Positions 55,018 through 64,000 of a DNA stretch of 64,000 nt are shown here, piece by piece. The notes beneath the pieces are model-generated. The model saw nothing but the letters and a program-made list of their open reading frames with translations, was not told the DNA's origin and ran no database searches. Made by a program: the position numbers and the translations under genes. Positions within the stretch are counted from its first letter, which is position 1. Every line of letters begins with the position of its first letter. The DNA is from Candidatus Bathyarchaeia archaeon (GTDB lineage: Archaea; Thermoproteota; Bathyarchaeia; Bathyarchaeales; DTEX01). The stretch lies in NCBI GenBank assembly GCA_038882715.1, contig JAVZNR010000004.1:46809-110808 (forward strand). The letters are read 5' to 3'.

Positions 55018-55953
55018 TTAGCCTGAGCGTAGACGTGGATTGAACACTTCCTCTAAAGATCCAGACAGAAAGACTAGCCCAATCTGTAATAGTATAATGC
55101 ATATTGCAGGGGCCAGAAGGGAAGCTTGCCTTATTGAGAATACGGCTCCCGCATAATTTACAGCTAGGTTTAGCATTACGCCCCAGTTTTGGCTTTTATA
55201 AGGCGCTAATCCGAGCATGAAAAGGCCTACTTGAGCGTAAATTGCTCCCGTGAAAGCGAATATGCCATTTATAATTATGTAGGGCATTATATTTGGCAGT
55301 ATTTCGCTGAGTATAATGTGGATTGATGGCATACCGAGACATTTTGCCATTTCTATGAACCCTCTCTCCCTTAAAGAAAGGGTTTGAGCTCGAATTGCCC
55401 TTGAAAGGGGTGCCCACGCGGTTATGCTCAGTATCGCAGCCAGCAGCACTGGGTTCGAAGTCCTTAAAACGGAGGCTATGACAATTAGTAGCGGGAAGCT
55501 TGGGATTGTGAGAACTATATCCGTAACAGCCACTAATGCGGAGTCCATTTTACCTCCCATATACCCTGAAAGGATGCCCATAAAAGTAGCTACTGATGTA
55601 GTTATTAAGGCAGCTACGAAACCGACAAATAAAACGTCTTGAGAGCCAACTATGAGCATTGCTAATATATCTCTGCCAAACCAGTCTGTGCCAAGAGGAT
55701 GTTTAAGGGAGGGGGGCTGTAATGCCTCACTTAAGCTCACAGTTGATGGATCATACTTCACTATCAATGGGCCGACTGTGGCCACTAACACAAAGAATGA
55801 GACTATTATGAGTCCCACGGTTCCTCTTTTACTCTTCAATATTATTTTTAGTGGATCGTATACGAGTTTTTTCAGAGTTTTTATCAATATTTCTTTAATC
55901 TGAGCCATATTTTCCACCTTACCTTTCAATTCTAACCCTTGGGTCAAGGACAC
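55018..55953 (-). CDS. Opp/Dpp-class ABC transporter permease (C-type)
   Basis: Multi-pass membrane protein with the N-terminal GTDWFGRDI motif and an EAA-like loop (ERGFIEMAKCLG). Confidence 0.85.
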   Translation of the reverse strand: MSLTQGLELKGKVENMAQIKEILIKTLKKLVYDPLKIILKSKRGTVGLIIVSFFVLVATVGPLIVKYDPSTVSLSEALQPPSLKHPLGTDWFGRDILAMLIVGSQDVLFVGFVAALITTSVATFMGILSGYMGGKMDSALVAVTDIVLTIPSFPLLIVIASVLRTSNPVLLAAILSITAWAPLSRAIRAQTLSLRERGFIEMAKCLGMPSIHIILSEILPNIMPYIIINGIFAFTGAIYAQVGLFMLGLAPYKSQNWGVMLNLAVNYAGAVFSIRQASLLAPAICIILLQIGLVFLSGSLEEVFNPRLRSG

Positions 55954-56908
55954 CGTAGAGAAGATCGGCTATGAAATTAGATAATATGATTGCAAGCGTT
56001 GTTATAAGGAAGCAACCCTGCATTAAAGGATAATCTCTCGCTGTAACGCTATAAGTTAAGTAATAGCCTATTCCGGCGTAAGTGAAAATGTTCTCTATTA
56101 ACACTGACCCCGAAAACATGTAGCCTATAGCTATAGCTAGCCTAGTGAATAGTGGTATTATCGCGTTTCTTCCAACATAAGAAAACATTATTCTTCTTCC
56201 CTTTAGTCCTCGCGCCTCCGCCACCTTTATATAATCTTCTCCTAAAACGCTTATAGTTGCACCTCTCATCTGCAGAATCCAGCTGCCTACTGTTGTAATA
56301 AGGAAAGAAAGTATTGGTAATGTCGCATGATAAAATATGTTAGATATAAATTCTAAAGTGAAGCCCGGAGGAATTCTAGGGTCACGGGTTCCCCTCATGG
56401 GGAAAATCTTCCATACGCAAGCGAAGAAAAATAGAAAGATAAGCGCTAAAACGTAGTTTGGTATAGCATTAGTTATCGTTGAAAGCAACGTGATCGTATG
56501 ATCAGCCTTCGTATTTCTTCTATATGCCGCGAACATTCCGAGGATTATGCCTAGCATAAAGCTTAAAGTTATGCTGATGGACAATAGGAAGACGGTCCAT
56601 GGAAGAGCATAAGAAATAATTCTTATTACTGGCACCCCAGTATAGATATAGGAGACTCCTAAATTACCCTTAAAAATCAGCTGCAAATATTCAATGTATT
56701 GTTCCCACGCTGGTTTCGAAAAATCTATTTGGTAAAGTGAGGAGACCATCATTCTAGCCTGCTCCATAGACATTCCCTGCTGCATGTATTGGTTGATCAT
56801 AACATCGATAGGGTTCCCGGGCATTAAACGTATTAAAAAGAAGGTTAAGGTAATAGCTATATAGAAGGTTGTTAAAAGCGTAATTGTTCTTTTAACGATC
56901 CACCTCAA
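55919..56908 (-). CDS. Opp/Dpp-class ABC transporter permease (B-type)
   Basis: Starts RWIVKRTITLL, contains LMPGNP and an EAA loop (DYIKVAEARGLK). It overlaps the next permease gene by 35 nt. Confidence 0.85.
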   Translation of the reverse strand: MRWIVKRTITLLTTFYIAITLTFFLIRLMPGNPIDVMINQYMQQGMSMEQARMMVSSLYQIDFSKPAWEQYIEYLQLIFKGNLGVSYIYTGVPVIRIISYALPWTVFLLSISITLSFMLGIILGMFAAYRRNTKADHTITLLSTITNAIPNYVLALIFLFFFACVWKIFPMRGTRDPRIPPGFTLEFISNIFYHATLPILSFLITTVGSWILQMRGATISVLGEDYIKVAEARGLKGRRIMFSYVGRNAIIPLFTRLAIAIGYMFSGSVLIENIFTYAGIGYYLTYSVTARDYPLMQGCFLITTLAIILSNFIADLLYGVLDPRVRIER

Positions 56909-56963
56909 GGTCTAACCACCACCAAAAATAAAAAAAGGGAAGATTTAAAAATTTTTTCTATTT

Positions 56964-58898
56964 TCACCTCCGCCTTAGCGCCACTACCACGGCAGCTATC
57001 ACCGCTATAACCGCCACACCGATAACGCCGTAGACCCATGTTGGTATAATTTCAACTGGCTTTTCTACCTCAACTGGCTTTTCAACTACGACTTCAACTG
57101 GTTTTTCAACTTCTACCGGTTTTTCGACCACGACTTGCTCGGGCGGTACCGGTTTCAATGTTCCAGACGCTATTATCCAGCCAAGAGCATAATATTCATC
57201 CTTTGAGTGCCAAAGGTAGAAGAGATCTCCTTTAGGAGGCCACTGCCACCTGCCAAGATAGTATACGTAAGTGCATGGCTTCTCTCTAAGGGTTATCCAA
57301 GGCAGATAATAGTTTGTTACCCAAGCGAGCGTCTTTAGCACCTCTTTCTGCTTCGCCATATCTACGGCTGATCCAAGCGCCACGGTTAAGTCCTTAACGC
57401 TTACCACCGTCCCATTCGGAAGTGTGGCGTACTCAAAGCCCTCGCCAACTTGCTCAGGTAGCTCAGGTATCCTTCCAAACTGCACAAAATGCCTATTCCA
57501 AGTCTCCCATGGATGTATCTGGAAGAAGAAGAACTCCAGTCCCATCACGAACTCTCCCCTTCTGAAGACTTCGCCGAACTTTGCCTCATCAATAGTTATC
57601 GGGTTCACTATAATGCCCACTCTCGCAAGCTGAGCTTTAAGGTTTTCAGCGCAGAGCACCCAGTCAGCCCAGGGCGGATTATAGAGGTCAAACTCAAATC
57701 TTGTTTTTCCATCAGGAGCTATCCATACGCCGTCTGAACCCTTAGTGCAACCAATCTTTTTGAGCAGCTCTTCTGTCTTCTTTGGATTGTAATCGTAGTT
57801 GTTTAGGTTATTTTTAGCCCAGTCTTCACCTAGGAATAGGGAAATGTGATCTGCAGTCATTCCACATGGATACTTAGCTGGGAATGACAGATTGGGGTGC
57901 GGAGACGCAGCTATAGCTAGCTCTGTGCGGTTAATGGCGTAAGCTATAGCCTGCCTGACCTCAGTAATATTGAGAGGATAAACCCTACAGTTGAACAGTA
58001 ATATGTTTCCGTGAGTCCACCTAAGTATTGGAACGTATAACATTGGCTTCATTAAAACCTCTTGGTAAACCGCTGCGGGCAGATCTGGCGAGTTGAAGTC
58101 GAAAGCATATGTGAGCATTGGCGCTAATTGCGCTGTTCCTCCAATGTTAACCTGCATAAACTCATCGACATAAACGTTCTCGATGCCTCTCCAATATTGG
58201 GATCGCTTAACAAGCCATATATCGGCCTCTGTATACTCCTTTATTTCGAATGCTCCTGTTCCAATAGCTTTCGGCGGCCTGTAGTTTCTTAGCGCTTCCC
58301 TCAGTGGAGCCATCTCTTCTTCTGGAGCTCCCTTCTTAATGAGCTCGATCGCCTTATCGCTGAAGTTGCCGAAGACCGAATCTGACCATATGGCTGTCCT
58401 CATTATGTAGAACTCGGTTAGTATAAATGGCTTCTTTAAGTGGAAGACCACTTTGTAATCACCTTGGGCTTCAACGCTTTCGATGTAGTCCCAGAGCCAC
58501 GACTTAACGAGATACCAGCAGTAAAATGTACATACAACATCTTTACTCGTGAAGTCTGTGCCATCACTAAACTTAATGCCCCTTCTAAGATTAACGGTTA
58601 AGGTTAGGCCGTCCTCGCTTAAAGACCAGCTCTCAGCCAACCAAGGTATCCAAGTCCAGTTAGCTAAATTTATGAAGGCTAATGGTTCAACGACAAGGCC
58701 TTCGGGACCAAAGTAGGAGCCTGTGGTGAACGGGTTCCAGTGGACAGGCGGTTTTATTGCAGGTTGACCGTAAGTGAATACTCTCGCTTTCTGCTCCTGT
58801 CCTCCTATTCTCGCAATGGAGAAGCTGCCGAAGAGTAAAGTCCCTAAAAGTATTATGACAAGAGCCAACCCGCGTATTTCGCCAATTTTTCTCTCCAA
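56964..58898 (-). CDS. family-5 (Opp/Dpp-type) extracellular solute-binding protein with repeat linker and C-terminal membrane anchor
   Basis: N-terminal signal/anchor helix, then a family-5 SBP motif (RGIKFSDGTDFTSKDVV). The C-terminus carries the (V)EKPVEV repeat, a hydrophobic helix and RRR. Confidence 0.85.
   Translation of the reverse strand: MERKIGEIRGLALVIILLGTLLFGSFSIARIGGQEQKARVFTYGQPAIKPPVHWNPFTTGSYFGPEGLVVEPLAFINLANWTWIPWLAESWSLSEDGLTLTVNLRRGIKFSDGTDFTSKDVVCTFYCWYLVKSWLWDYIESVEAQGDYKVVFHLKKPFILTEFYIMRTAIWSDSVFGNFSDKAIELIKKGAPEEEMAPLREALRNYRPPKAIGTGAFEIKEYTEADIWLVKRSQYWRGIENVYVDEFMQVNIGGTAQLAPMLTYAFDFNSPDLPAAVYQEVLMKPMLYVPILRWTHGNILLFNCRVYPLNITEVRQAIAYAINRTELAIAASPHPNLSFPAKYPCGMTADHISLFLGEDWAKNNLNNYDYNPKKTEELLKKIGCTKGSDGVWIAPDGKTRFEFDLYNPPWADWVLCAENLKAQLARVGIIVNPITIDEAKFGEVFRRGEFVMGLEFFFFQIHPWETWNRHFVQFGRIPELPEQVGEGFEYATLPNGTVVSVKDLTVALGSAVDMAKQKEVLKTLAWVTNYYLPWITLREKPCTYVYYLGRWQWPPKGDLFYLWHSKDEYYALGWIIASGTLKPVPPEQVVVEKPVEVEKPVEVVVEKPVEVEKPVEIIPTWVYGVIGVAVIAVIAAVVVALRRR
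57051..57134 (-). repeat. in-frame tandem repeat, 2 x 42 nt (each made of 18+24-nt subrepeats), encoding VVVEKPVEVEKPVE twice
   Basis: On the plus strand: ttcaactggcttttctacctcaactggcttttcaactacgac / ttcaactggtttttcaacttctaccggtttttcgaccacgac. Confidence 0.8.
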
Positions 58899-59014
58899 TA
58901 ATATTCCCCCTTCACGTAGAAAATATAGGGCTACTCTTTAAAAGTTTTTCTCAAATTTTAGGCATAAGCAATTTTGGATTAATTTTTTAAAGGTGTTAAG
59001 GAAATACTAGTTGT

Positions 59015-59224
59015 ATGGATCCATCTACCGGTAGAGTTGCCTTTAATATAGGGGTTCTTCTAGTTTTTTTAGCGTTAATTCCTTTACCATTCTTAGATTT
59101 TAATTCAGCGGAGTTTATCGTTGACGTTATAGCGTTAACCGTTTCACTCGCCTTCCTATTATATGTATCTTACGATGTCAGAAAACAAGTAAAGCAGGCA
59201 GGTATATCAAAAGAAGATAAATAA
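59015..59224 (+). CDS. small hypothetical membrane protein (two predicted helices)
   Basis: 69-aa ORF with two hydrophobic stretches, lying between the binding-protein gene and the D-type ATPase gene on the opposite strand. Confidence 0.35.
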   Translation: MDPSTGRVAFNIGVLLVFLALIPLPFLDFNSAEFIVDVIALTVSLAFLLYVSYDVRKQVKQAGISKEDK

Positions 59225-59290
59225 AAATAATAGCCGTATAGCCTTTAAGCGAGAACCAAAATTTTAACGGCAAACTGATGTCTGAAACAA

Positions 59291-60301
59291 TCACTTGCTG
59301 TAGAGGTGGCAGGCAACTAGATGCCCGTTTCCTAAATTCAGGAGCGACGGCACCACTTTCTTACATATATCCATTGCATATTGGCATCGAGTATGGAATT
59401 TGCATCCCGGCGGCGGGTTCATTGGGTCAGGGACGCCCTTAGATAAAGGTCTAAGACCCTCTAGGCTTCCAGTTACTGAGGGTATAGATTTTAAGAGGCC
59501 TTGCGTGTATGGATGCTTAGGTTCATAGAATATCTTCCATACGTCCGCTATTTCAACTATTTTGCCCAAATACATTACTGCGATTCTATCAGCTATTTCA
59601 GCTAAAACCGGTAAATCATGCGTTATAAATAACATCGTCAAGCTAGTCTCCTTATGAAGATCCTTAAGTATGTCAAGAATGTAGGCTTGTGTTAAAACGT
59701 CAAGGGCTGAGGTGGGCTCATCCAGTATTACAAGATCGGGATCAAGTATTAGGCTCAAAGCGATCAGCGACCTCTGCTTCATCCCACCGCTCATCTCATG
59801 CTGAAATAGTCTTAGAACTCGGTTTGGATCCAAAAGAACGTTTTTAAGTAGACCTGAAGCCTTAGAAAGCAATTCTTCTTTGTCCACCCTTTCCTCATGG
59901 TCAAGCACCGTGTCGAGGAAATGCTCCTTTATTCTCATCACAGGGTTAAAGGACGAGATCGCTCCTTGAAAAACAATTGATATGTTCTTCCACCTGAAGT
60001 TACGCAGTTCTTCCTCGGATAAGGACATTATATCTACCATGCTTCCATCTTTTCTCCTGAAAAACACCTTCCCGCTTTTAATATACCCATTTGGATCCAC
60101 TTGCCTTATTATCGCGCGAGAGAAAACCGACTTACCGCATCCACTCTCTCCAGCTAGCCCTAAAACTTCACCACGGTACACGTCAAGACTTACATCGTCT
60201 ACAGCTCTAAGTATTCCTCGTGGAAGCTTAAATTCAACAATTAGATTTCTAACTTCAAGTATAGTTTCGCCTTCATCCTTCCCCTTAAACCTAGGCTCCA
60301 T
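59291..60301 (-). CDS. Opp/Dpp-class ABC transporter ATP-binding protein (D-type)
   Basis: Walker A GESGCGKS, signature MSGGMKQR, Walker B LILDEPTSALD, and C-terminal HPYT...CKFHTRC. Confidence 0.9.
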   Translation of the reverse strand: MEPRFKGKDEGETILEVRNLIVEFKLPRGILRAVDDVSLDVYRGEVLGLAGESGCGKSVFSRAIIRQVDPNGYIKSGKVFFRRKDGSMVDIMSLSEEELRNFRWKNISIVFQGAISSFNPVMRIKEHFLDTVLDHEERVDKEELLSKASGLLKNVLLDPNRVLRLFQHEMSGGMKQRSLIALSLILDPDLVILDEPTSALDVLTQAYILDILKDLHKETSLTMLFITHDLPVLAEIADRIAVMYLGKIVEIADVWKIFYEPKHPYTQGLLKSIPSVTGSLEGLRPLSKGVPDPMNPPPGCKFHTRCQYAMDICKKVVPSLLNLGNGHLVACHLYSK

Positions 60302-60386
60302 AGATATCCACTAGTATATCTATTGTTTAAAAATTTTTTTTGGTTTTCGGTTAATCTTCGCTAGGATGAGTTGCATCCTTCGGGAT

Positions 60387-60860
60387 CTAGATTATTTTCA
60401 TCATCCTCGTCCATTTTCCGAGGGTTATGGTTTCAATAAACCCTTTCTTCTTATAGAATTCTTTTGCAGATATATTTTTCACTCCAACCCATAAGCCCAT
60501 TAAATTTCTATCCTTTTTCCTCGCATAGTTAGTTGCTTCACCAATCAGTATGCTTCCTATTCCCTGCCCCCTGTAATTTGGATGAACAAAGAGCTCATGA
60601 ATTTCACCTAGAATCTCTCCTTCAAAGTGGCTGAACCAATTTGCGTCGCATGCCATAAAGGCGACTGGCTCATTTAATTCAACTACAAGGAAACCTTTGG
60701 GGTCCCTCCTAAATAGCCATCCAAAATAATCTTTTATGTCCTTCTCATCAATATAAGCGTACTCTTCAAGCCCCCTATAGGACTCGACGTATAATTTAAT
60801 AAAAGAATCGACGTCGCCCGTTCTCACATTCCTAACTTTCACAATAACCTTTTTTATCAC
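60387..60860 (-). CDS. GNAT family N-acetyltransferase
   Basis: VHPNYRGQGIGSILI (acetyl-CoA Q/RxxGxG motif) and a C-terminal YKKKGF. Confidence 0.8.
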   Translation of the reverse strand: MIKKVIVKVRNVRTGDVDSFIKLYVESYRGLEEYAYIDEKDIKDYFGWLFRRDPKGFLVVELNEPVAFMACDANWFSHFEGEILGEIHELFVHPNYRGQGIGSILIGEATNYARKKDRNLMGLWVGVKNISAKEFYKKKGFIETITLGKWTRMMKII

Positions 60861-61089
60861 TTATACTTAAAAATCTCTCGATGGGAGCCCTATCCCTCCT
60901 TAAAAGATTAGCCGAGATAGAATCTCCTTCTACTGGGAAAGAAGAAGAGACGGCATCATCTCAAACTGCTTGTAGAATCTAGGCTATAAAGTTCTAACAG
61001 AACTTCAAACGTTCTTGTTTTAATGGATACATTTAGAACAAAGTTAAATCAAGTTACCCCATCTTGCAGCAGCTAGTAATTTAAAGATC

Positions 61090-62166
61090 CTAGGCTTTCG
61101 TTTCAGCGTCACCTTTTGGGTTTAACCCCTTTATATTGGTGAACCCGATGGAGCCTTCTATTGCTTGTATCGGGAAAGGTCTCTTCATAGAGTATACGTA
61201 TGGTATTGCTATATCGACTTTATCGCTTTCCTGTATCGCCTTAATTATTCTTTTTGTTAACTCATACATTATACGCGGTCTTTCCGTCGCATTAGTCATG
61301 AACCTAAGTCTCATAAATACACCATACCAGTCAGATACATCTGCACGAATATATGGCTCCTGCCCAGTTGCCTTTATAATATCCGCCGTGACCTCTTTGG
61401 CCGCGTTTAATAGGATTCTCTCGGCTTCATCCCAGTCAGAGTCAAATGTTATTCTTAGAACGAACTCGTCAAGTATATAAGCCGGGCCAGGCTCGGCTTC
61501 ACCCGTACTAAACCTCTTTCTGAACATTTCGATGAGCTTTTCCTGCTCTTTAGGCGTATAGTTAATGATTAATGTGCCGAAAAGCATCGCGTTTGGTATT
61601 AGGATTGTTCTGTTTACTGGTTCCTCGCTTCCAACAGAGCCGCCCACCTGATTTAGTATTGTGTACAGTGGGGTGACGGCGACAACATCGCCGACTAAGC
61701 CATAGGATGGTAATTGAACTCTATCGCCAACGCTGAAGGGCCTAATGATCGATATCAGTAACCAACCAGCTATACCCGTTATAGGTGCTTGCAGAGACCA
61801 TCCCAGAAACATCCCTCCAAAAGCTGCGAATACCGAGCCTAAAGCTCCAAGCGAAAACCAGTCGCTTAAAATGGATATTATTCCAGCTAGAATTAAGCCT
61901 GCCTTAATGACATTATTAATCATTATTACTTCGCCCTCTTTAGCGCCGACCCTCAACATCGCCGATCTTATCAGCAACGAGATGAGCATGTAGCCTATTG
62001 TGAGCCCTGCAAATAAGATAAGAGCTGAGATGAATCTTACTGCATACTGTTCACTCATGAAGAAAGCGAGCATTTTTGATCCACCAAGCAAGTAGTACCA
62101 TAAAGCGATGGTTAGAGCTAAAGCAGCCATTATCAACGTTAACTTTCTCTGCATAATCACCACCAT
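61090..62166 (-). CDS. MscS-family mechanosensitive channel
   Basis: Several N-terminal TM helices, then the pore-helix/beta-domain junction IIRPFSVGDRVQL...G.V..V....T. Confidence 0.8.
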   Translation of the reverse strand: MVVIMQRKLTLIMAALALTIALWYYLLGGSKMLAFFMSEQYAVRFISALILFAGLTIGYMLISLLIRSAMLRVGAKEGEVIMINNVIKAGLILAGIISILSDWFSLGALGSVFAAFGGMFLGWSLQAPITGIAGWLLISIIRPFSVGDRVQLPSYGLVGDVVAVTPLYTILNQVGGSVGSEEPVNRTILIPNAMLFGTLIINYTPKEQEKLIEMFRKRFSTGEAEPGPAYILDEFVLRITFDSDWDEAERILLNAAKEVTADIIKATGQEPYIRADVSDWYGVFMRLRFMTNATERPRIMYELTKRIIKAIQESDKVDIAIPYVYSMKRPFPIQAIEGSIGFTNIKGLNPKGDAETKA

Positions 62167-62254
62167 GCAAACATACTTACGATAAGACTTAGGAAAACAC
62201 CTTTTTATCCTTTTATATAAAGAATAGCGAGTATAGTTAGTCAGAGGATCAGTG

Positions 62255-62926
62255 TTAAGCGCGGTTCACCGCAAAGTAACCGCTGACAGCTGGCTTATAG
62301 ACGTCATCTCCCTTAAACTTTACGTAAACCTTGATTTGGTCTCCAATCTTAAGGGTCTTTAACCCTTCTACGACAAAAGATCCGGATTTATCGGTGGTTC
62401 CATAAGCAAGCATCTTATCATTTCTAAAGATTCTAGAATCATATATTTCTACTCGGGCTCTCTCTATGCCCTCGCCTGTAATAGCGTCAACAAGTTTACC
62501 GATTACTGTAAAGCCGGGGTTCCGCGAGAACTCGGATATTTTCTCAATAAATATGCGGCTTTCTCTCTTAGAAGCGCGCAGCCTTGGGGGAGAGCCTTTC
62601 GGCTGCATATATACTTCTTCGTCTTCTATGAAAACTTTATAATAATATTCGGCTTCAAACGGTGGTTTAAAAGATACAACTATTTTTTCGCTTGAGAGGG
62701 GAGGCAGGGTTACAATATGTTTAGAGTACTTTATGAGCATGTCAGGGAGAAGTTTATTGCTCTTAAATATCGCCACTTTAACTAGACCTATTGCCGGCTG
62801 CATTCTTAAGGGGTTCTCAACAATAGTCTCTACGAATACTCTATCGTAAACAAGGCAGCATGAGACTGGTTTTCCGGAGGGGTCAATCCACATGGAAGAT
62901 TTGTATTGCGGTAAGGGACCCTTCAA
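62255..62926 (-). CDS. hypothetical protein with C-terminal carboxypeptidase-regulatory-like (beta-sandwich) domain
   Basis: GKLVDAITGEGIERARVEIYDS...GTTDKSGSFVVEGL resembles the CarboxypepD_reg pattern. The N-terminal part is unassigned. Confidence 0.4.
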   Translation of the reverse strand: MKGPLPQYKSSMWIDPSGKPVSCCLVYDRVFVETIVENPLRMQPAIGLVKVAIFKSNKLLPDMLIKYSKHIVTLPPLSSEKIVVSFKPPFEAEYYYKVFIEDEEVYMQPKGSPPRLRASKRESRIFIEKISEFSRNPGFTVIGKLVDAITGEGIERARVEIYDSRIFRNDKMLAYGTTDKSGSFVVEGLKTLKIGDQIKVYVKFKGDDVYKPAVSGYFAVNRA

Positions 62927-62968
62927 TTTAATACCACCATCAACGTGAACATGCTTTCAGGGAGCTCC

Positions 62969-63181
62969 TTAGGGAAGACAAGCGTAGATAAGGCAGCATG
63001 CAACAGCCAAAAACGCTCCAATTAAACCCCAAATAACCCATTCTGACGTGAAAATCTGGGGAAAAAGTTCCGCGATTACTGGAAAGACATGAACATAAAT
63101 TAAATTAGCCATAGCTCCCAAAATAAAGCCCATAAACCCGATTATCGTTATCGCAAGCATCATTTTAAGTTTCTGGCTCAT
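62969..63181 (-). CDS. small hypothetical membrane protein
   Basis: 70 aa with two strongly hydrophobic helices. Confidence 0.4.
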   Translation of the reverse strand: MSQKLKMMLAITIIGFMGFILGAMANLIYVHVFPVIAELFPQIFTSEWVIWGLIGAFLAVACCLIYACLP

Positions 63182-63364
63182 ATCCTGCCCTCCGCATATT
63201 CCTCTTTTTCAGGGCCAAGACCGCTTTAGGCTGACTCTTCTTTAGAATGGGCCGAATATTTTAAACTATACATTATCGGGGCATCTACGTAGATAACATG
63301 TCTATATACTAGATATGAGTAGGAAAGTGTTAGGCAAAAGATCTGCTACGCTCGATATATTTAT

Positions 63365-63805
63365 ATGTTCATGCTTATATATTATCCATTGGGGGCCAAT
63401 ATGCCTGTTCAAAGGTTCAGGATAACTCCTACTTGTAAAAGCGCATTATTTAGAGCTAAGAGATGGTTTTACTCTACATTCTATACTGGGGTTCCAGCCG
63501 AGATAAAGGAGGAAAATAAGAAGGTTTGGGTCGACTTAGCCGCTAAGCTCGTCGAAGAGATAAATAAGCGCAACGCCACGGATAAGCCAGCTAGACTCAT
63601 AATAAATTATGAAACGGGGCCGCGGGGAGAGTTTAAGCCGCTTTCAGCGACAATAGAGATTATGGAGATAAGACCGCTAGAAACCCTTACAATATTCACA
63701 TCAAAAGAGGAAGAGAAAAAGAAATTAAAGGCAGAGCTGGAGGAGCTGGTTAGAAAGGCGAAAGAGCTGGGATTAAGTCTAAAGGATCTAGAAGAGATTT
63801 CATAG
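63365..63805 (+). CDS. hypothetical protein with C-terminal charged coiled-coil-like tail
   Basis: 146-aa ORF; the start is more likely the internal ATG (MPVQRFRITP). No motif recognised. Confidence 0.35.
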   Translation: MFMLIYYPLGANMPVQRFRITPTCKSALFRAKRWFYSTFYTGVPAEIKEENKKVWVDLAAKLVEEINKRNATDKPARLIINYETGPRGEFKPLSATIEIMEIRPLETLTIFTSKEEEKKKLKAELEELVRKAKELGLSLKDLEEIS

Positions 63806-63939
63806 ATCTCCGCATCGCCATCTTAGAACCTCTATTTTTGTCATGAATTGGATGAGTTGCTAGCGTAGATAGGGGTTGTGGCATCGTAAATCATTTAAGG
63901 ATAATAACTCTAAATTTTATTTGTCAGCAGGTGGAAAAT

Positions 63940-64000
63940 ATGTCTGAGCCGGAGTTAAAAGAGGTCGGTAAAGTAACCCACTACTTCACAAAGATAGGTG
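63940..64000 (+). CDS. 5' end of a CDS truncated by the window edge (function not callable)
   Basis: ATG preceded by AGGTGG 8 nt upstream, and the frame is open to the window end (MSEPELKEVGKVTHYFTKIG). Confidence 0.3.
   Translation, partial: MSEPELKEVGKVTHYFTKIG

Noticed and set aside
55451-55463. GGGTTCGAAGTCC, resembling a tRNA T-arm.
   Set aside because: It lies inside the well-supported ABC permease gene. No acceptor, D-arm or anticodon-arm complementarity surrounds it. I found no other tRNA-like T-loop strings in intergenic regions.
57040-57140. Short tandem repeats, considered as a possible CRISPR-like or minisatellite element.
   Set aside because: The repeats are contiguous with no spacers, are in frame, and lie within the solute-binding-protein CDS. 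I saw no cas genes or other repeat-spacer arrays in the window.

Overview
Densely coding segment with about 65 genes on both strands. It reads as archaeal: a uL3-uL4-uL23-uL2 block of archaeal type, Trm1, deoxyhypusine synthase, HdrA/MvhD, an E1-like/JAMM/SAMP ubiquitin-like set, AT-rich TATA-like boxes in short intergenic regions, and several 4-nt gene overlaps. I saw no rRNA, tRNA, CRISPR array, transposase/integrase or recognisable defence genes. The window falls into four blocks. (1) 0-13.3 kb: cofactor and housekeeping genes, namely hdrA (runs off the 5' edge), two paralogous BioB-like radical-SAM genes around an HDAC-like deacetylase plus deoxyhypusine synthase, proBA, and an E1-like + JAMM pair. 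(2) 13.4-22.9 kb: a glycan block with GH57, two GT4 genes, a GH29 fucosidase interrupted by one in-frame TAA, GalT, and an HTH protein that shares a ~95-aa module with the GH57 C-terminus. (3) 23-36.5 kb: mixed housekeeping, namely trm1, nadC, ribosomal proteins, uxuA, an RraA-like gene, leuCD/hacAB-type genes, a GH172-like gene, a GG-terminated SAMP, RimI and GDPD. (4) 36.5-60.3 kb: a large carbohydrate-type locus. It holds a GH38 alpha-mannosidase translationally coupled to a Gfo/Idh/MocA (GFO) oxidoreductase and a xylose-isomerase-like TIM barrel. In total there are four GFO-type oxidoreductases and four such TIM barrels, plus an amidohydrolase, an MLE-type enolase-superfamily protein, a 2-hydroxyacid dehydrogenase, a PflA-like radical-SAM enzyme and an Opp/Dpp-class ABC importer. 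My best candidate for an undescribed system is this iterated GFO + TIM-barrel architecture. It follows the logic of bacterial oxidative (3-keto) glycoside and C-glycoside cleavage pathways, but in an archaeal setting. All family calls come from motif recognition by eye; no searches or computations were run, and start codons are mostly taken from the ORF track.
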